Source: the human T2T-CHM13v2.0 reference genome, Homo sapiens. From it: a stretch of DNA of 64,000 nucleotides. The position numbers and the translations under genes are program-made. Location of the stretch: assembly GCF_009914755.1 (NCBI RefSeq), contig NC_060926.1; one strand, 5' to 3'. This document shows, one piece after another, positions 57,203-64,000 of this stretch. The notes beneath the pieces are model-generated. The model was not told the origin of the DNA, searched no databases, and was given only the letters and a program-made list of their open reading frames with translations. The first letter of the stretch is position 1. Every line of letters starts with the position of its first letter.

Positions 57203-57842
57203 CTAATAGAGCAATGTAAAATCAAGAACAAGAAACAAATGACAAAAAACTTGGTCAGTGTATATTACAAGGTACAGTGTTATACACATATACATATATA
57301 GCCTTTAGAGTTTTAAGCATTATTAACTACTGAACATTCATTTTGTGACAAATTCTTAATACATCTTAAATATCCTATAATTTTGTATACTCAGTCTATA
57401 CATATCCTCTTCTACTGATGTATTTGCCAATTCCCATTAAGCATTATACTGTTACAATTCCTCTAGCTTTATATTTTATTAACTGTTAGGGCAAGTATCC
57501 ATTCTTTGTTTTTGCTTTTCAAAATATATTGAATATTTTTCCACATTTTTCCTATACGTTGACATGAAAATGATATTGAAAGTCTTTCAGGATCCAGTGG
57601 ATTCTGATGAAGGTACTATCATGTATTTCCCTTTTAAAATAACATGTCAAAGACCAAACACAACATTCTAGGTTTATATTGAATAGTCCCCTTCCTTTCA
57701 CTAGATTTTTTCAAATTTCTGTTTATACAGAACAAGATTACCTTAATATTTTTGGTCACTGTATCACAGTAAACTTACTGTCGATTAGATCTCATACATC
57801 ATTTTTATATAGGCTATACCTTCCTGACACTTTCTTTTCAAT

Positions 57843-58070
57843 TTTTTTTTGTTTGTTTGACAGAGTCTCTCTCTGTCACCCAGACTGAGTGCAGAAGCAC
57901 AATCATAGCTCACTGCAGCCTCCAACTCCTAGGCCCAAGTGATCCTCCCACCTTAGCCTCCTGAGTAGCTGACACTACAGACATGAACCACCACTGTGAC
58001 TAATTTTTTATTTTTTTTTAGAATTGGAGTCTCACTATGTTGCCCAGGCTGGTTCCAAATTCCTGGCCTC
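57843..58070 (-). mobile_element. AluJ, partial
   Basis: Diverged reverse Alu truncated in the left arm. Confidence 0.8.
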
Positions 58071-58952
58071 ACTTCTTGACTTTTTCTAGTGTTCAGCTGT
58101 CTTTCTGAACTCAACAGTGAGATCTTACATTTATCTATGAAAAAAATTAATCATCTTAAATTCAGTCTATTACTAGCCTTTAAAATATTTTGATACTATC
58201 TTTTAGCACATTTTCTGCAATTGCCAGTGTTGTTTCATCCATAAATTTGGTGACAACATCCTGTATATATTTCTCTTATTCATTAGAAAAGGTTATGGAT
58301 GAGGATCTAAGACAGGATTCTGAATGAGCTGCCCTCTAGGAAGTAACCATTAGAATAAGATTAAATGGACTTAATTGTTCTTAATTCCTGCTACATTCCT
58401 TCAACCTGTCACCAGAATGTGACCATGTATAACTTATCTAAAGCATATCATTTCAATAAACAATATTCTCATAACGTTATTCCCTTGTTTAATTTTCTGA
58501 GTCTCACCATTACCCTACCCCATAGACATACACTGATTTTTACCTAATAATTATCATAATAACATTCTCCTGGTCTGACTGGTCTTCCTTTATACCTGAC
58601 ATTTAGAAATACTCACCTTATTTCGGCTTCTTGGTGACATATTAGAATTCTACTTTGGAGACTCCTCATTTTCTTGCTTTCCAAAATGTACTCAGTTACC
58701 CTGACCCTGCTTCCTAAAACTGTATCTCAAATTTGCTGCCTATATGGCATTATTTCTTTTAACACTGTGGTCAAATAACAGCATTGGAGACTGCTTACTC
58801 TTTCCTTGGCAATAAACTCTTTATATACTAATCAATTCATTTAATGCTCCCAATGTCCCAATGGGATAGGTATTACTGTAACCCCATTTTATGTCTGCAG
58901 ACACTGAGATAAACTTTGATCAAATAAAAGTTAGGTATTGGATTCTACTTAC

Positions 58953-59126
58953 CATCCTGAATAATCGAAGAAGAGCCATTCCTGCAACATTTGCTAGACA
59001 AAGTTCTATTAAACCATGGAACACTATCATGCTATCAAAAATGTTCCAACCTACTTGGAAATACCCATATGGATGCATTGCAATTATTTTAAAAATCATT
59101 TCTGCTGTGAAAATTCCAATGAAAAC
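58953..59126 (-). CDS. SCN7A: SCN7A exon, DII S2-S4 ([32 protein letters not shown]...LLRLFRM)
   Basis: 174 nt with AG/GT ends; translated by hand, not in the ORF track on this strand. Confidence 0.95.
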
Positions 59127-60211
59127 CTAAATCAAAACCAAATACATAGGTGAGAATATGATTCCAATAGCTGTATCAGAATCTTCACACACAAAATCTG
59201 TGACACACACTGTTTACTTGTCACTCTCACATTCTTCACAGCTTCTCTGTCAATATCTGGTTAGTTGTAGAGTCTGCATTGTAAGGACAGACTCATACAT
59301 TTTATTTAACAATCTAATGTCAAACACTATATACAGAATCTTTTATTATTTTAATAAAATTGATCCTCGAAGAAAACAAAAGAATATTTCAGGGTGAAGC
59401 CCTTTCAATTTTGAATAGTTATTTTTGAGGTACAGAGTACATGATATGATATTTAATTTTTCATCCTCTGAGAAAACATAGCATGAACCTATGGAAGCTG
59501 TCCTTTAAAAACTGTACTGGCAGAAATCACTAAATTGCTGTTTTGGTACCAAATAAATGTATAATTTGAAACTTCTAGCAGTTTGGCTGTTTTTATTAGT
59601 ACCAAGCAACTAAACAACAACAATGGTGAAAGAAAATACATTTAAACAATATACATTTGCTTGAATGTGACTTATTTTTAAACTCACAGGAATATGTTTT
59701 GTCTTTTGCATTGTATGTGAAAAAGGACTGGTGAATCTCAAAAATACCAGGCTAAAATGGTAAGTTCCAATCCTGGGCAAAGATACATGGTTAGAACAGA
59801 CAGGGCCAACTGCTGTTTTAATCAGAATTAAGAATTCAGGAGTCAGGTGCCTGTTATTTCACTTCTGCCCTACTCTGATCTATGAGCTAATGGTACCAAG
59901 AGACTGTATATTTGGGAAGGGAGGGGCAATAAATAATTTCCATGTAATGTAACTGCCAAGCATCTGGCTAGGAATCCCAAATTTAAACTGGGGAATTTTA
60001 AATTCCAGCTGTAAAACTATTCAATGATAAGAACATTTAGAAAGCAGGGGTTGGAGGGATAAAGCATAAACACAATGCTTCATTCAATAATAATGCATAT
60101 TGCAACATATTGGAGTTACAGAATAAAATAATGGGAATAATGATGAACAAAGAAAAGTTCAATGATAACTAAGAAACTGCAAATGAAAATAATGTACAAT
60201 GAGAGTCTTAC

Positions 60212-60882
<671 letters not shown>

Positions 60883-60988
60883 CTAATAGACAATTTTGAC
60901 TTTTGCATGCAAAGGGAGATTTGAGGATAGAATTCTGATATGGAATTCAAAAACAGAAATACTCTATCCTAATAAAAAACTGAATGAA

Positions 60989-62511
<1,523 letters not shown>

Positions 62512-63061
62512 AATAAAAAAGCTGAATGAATTGAATTTCCTCTATTGTGTTCATGCTTGGCTTAGACAAAAGAAAATGAAGCGAACGTGTATTAGAAGAA
62601 AAATGTAGGGACATCTCTCAAGAAAACAAATATGGAACATAGTTGAGAACATTGTGACTTACAATGTCTAGATATACATGCTTTACAAATTAATGCCTTT
62701 TGATATTGTCCATGATAAATAATTATTGGTTACACATAAAAATATAGAGATAAGTCTAGAAGGGACCTTGAGATATTAATGTTATATACCACAATCTCTA
62801 TATTTAGTCACAAGTTAATATGTCAATATGTTTTTAATGTTAAACAAAGAAAATTATTTGGTACTCTTTGGTCACTCTTTCCAATGTTTAAAACACCATG
62901 ATTCTAAAATTTTTATACATGGTTTATCCTAATATTCTCAAATATTTCTTAAATTTTTGTTATTACCATCTAAGATTCTGAAGAAATTGCTGAATTTCTT
63001 TAAAAGTGAATTTTATGAGTAGTACCTTCAATAGTGAGTGTCTACTTATTTAGTACTTTAC

Positions 63062-63158
63062 CTTCCTTATGTCTGAGAGTAGCATCTTCCAACACATCCA
63101 ATGATGTGTCTGTGGAAATTGGTGACCTTTTCTTCATTTCTATTTGTATGGTCTTGGC
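63062..63158 (-). CDS. SCN7A: SCN7A exon, DI-II linker (AKTIQIEMKKRSPISTDTSLDVLEDATLRHKE)
   Basis: 97 nt, ttttcag acceptor and G|gtaaag donor; phase 1 matches the next exon (G+AA = Glu). Confidence 0.88.
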
Positions 63159-63269
63159 CTGAAAAGGAATTTGATGGTTTAATACTGGCTTCCTGTCTTT
63201 GCAGGTCCAAGACTATAAGAAGGTGCACAGCCTTGCTAAAAATGCCACTTATTCTCCCGGAGCCTTTTC

Positions 63270-64000
63270 TTTTTATTAAATTGATACATAATCATTGTAC
63301 ATATTTGAGGGGTATATGTGGTATTTTCATACATGCATACAATGTATAATGATCAAGTCAGGTTAATTGGAATACATATCATCTGAAACATTTATCTTTT
63401 CTTTGTATTGATAACATTTCAATTCCTCTCCTACAGCTATTTTGAACTATATAATAAATTATTAATTAGAGTCACTGTACTATACTATTGAACACTAGAT
63501 CTTATTCCTTCTATTTAACCATATTTTTTGTAGCCATTGGCTAACCTCTCTTCATACCCCCTCATACATACCCTTTGCAGGCTCTGGTAACCACCAATAA
63601 ACTATCTACTTTTATGAGATCCACATTTTTAGCTCCCACATATGACTGAAAACATGTGAAGTTGGTCTTTCTGTGCCTGGCTTATTTCACTTAACATAAC
63701 CTCAAGTTCCATCCATGTTGCTGCAAATGACAAGACTTTATTCTTTTTAATGGCTGAATAATACTCCATTGTGTATATACTATATTTTATTTATTCATGT
63801 GTCCATTGATAGACACTTAAGTTTATTCATGTCTTGGCTATTGTGAATAATACTGTAATAAACATGGGAGTACAGATATTTCTTCAATATGCTGACTTTC
63901 TTTCTTTTGAGTACATACCCTGCAGTGGGATCCCTGGATGATATGGTAGCTCTATTTTTAGTTTTTTGAGGAACCTCCATACTGTTTCCATAATGGCTGT
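63270..64000 (-). mobile_element. L1MA 3' end
   Basis: Reverse L1 3' UTR and ORF2 end (tttttgaggaacctccatactg); continues off the window. Confidence 0.85.

Overview
Primate (almost certainly human) genomic DNA. The minus strand carries the last 15 coding exons and the ~2 kb 3' UTR of SCN7A, the atypical sodium channel Nax (Nav2.1). The exons run from the DI-II linker to the C-terminus, join in frame (3759 nt, 1252 aa plus stop) and the gene continues beyond the right edge. Positions 1 to ~19,000 are repeat-rich intergenic DNA. I found no evidence for a wholly new gene system. The most unusual structure is an intronic composite at ~29.0-30.6 kb: an MLT2 (ERVL) LTR whose internal (TA)n tract holds a mitochondrial COX1 fragment (NUMT) next to an inverted copy of the LTR's own 3' end and flank, which looks like a fossil double-strand-break repair scar. 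Other points of interest: an AT-AC intron with a U2-type donor (ATAAGT); the Nax-specific DENA filter, IFI latch and charge-depleted S4 segments; a MER85 piggyBac MITE centred in a palindrome at an L1 inversion junction; a chimeric LTR-L1 insertion inside one target-site duplication (TSD); a full-length two-LTR THE1 element; a MER11 solo LTR; and a near-consensus AluY. Repeat subfamily names come from recalled consensus sequences, not a database search.
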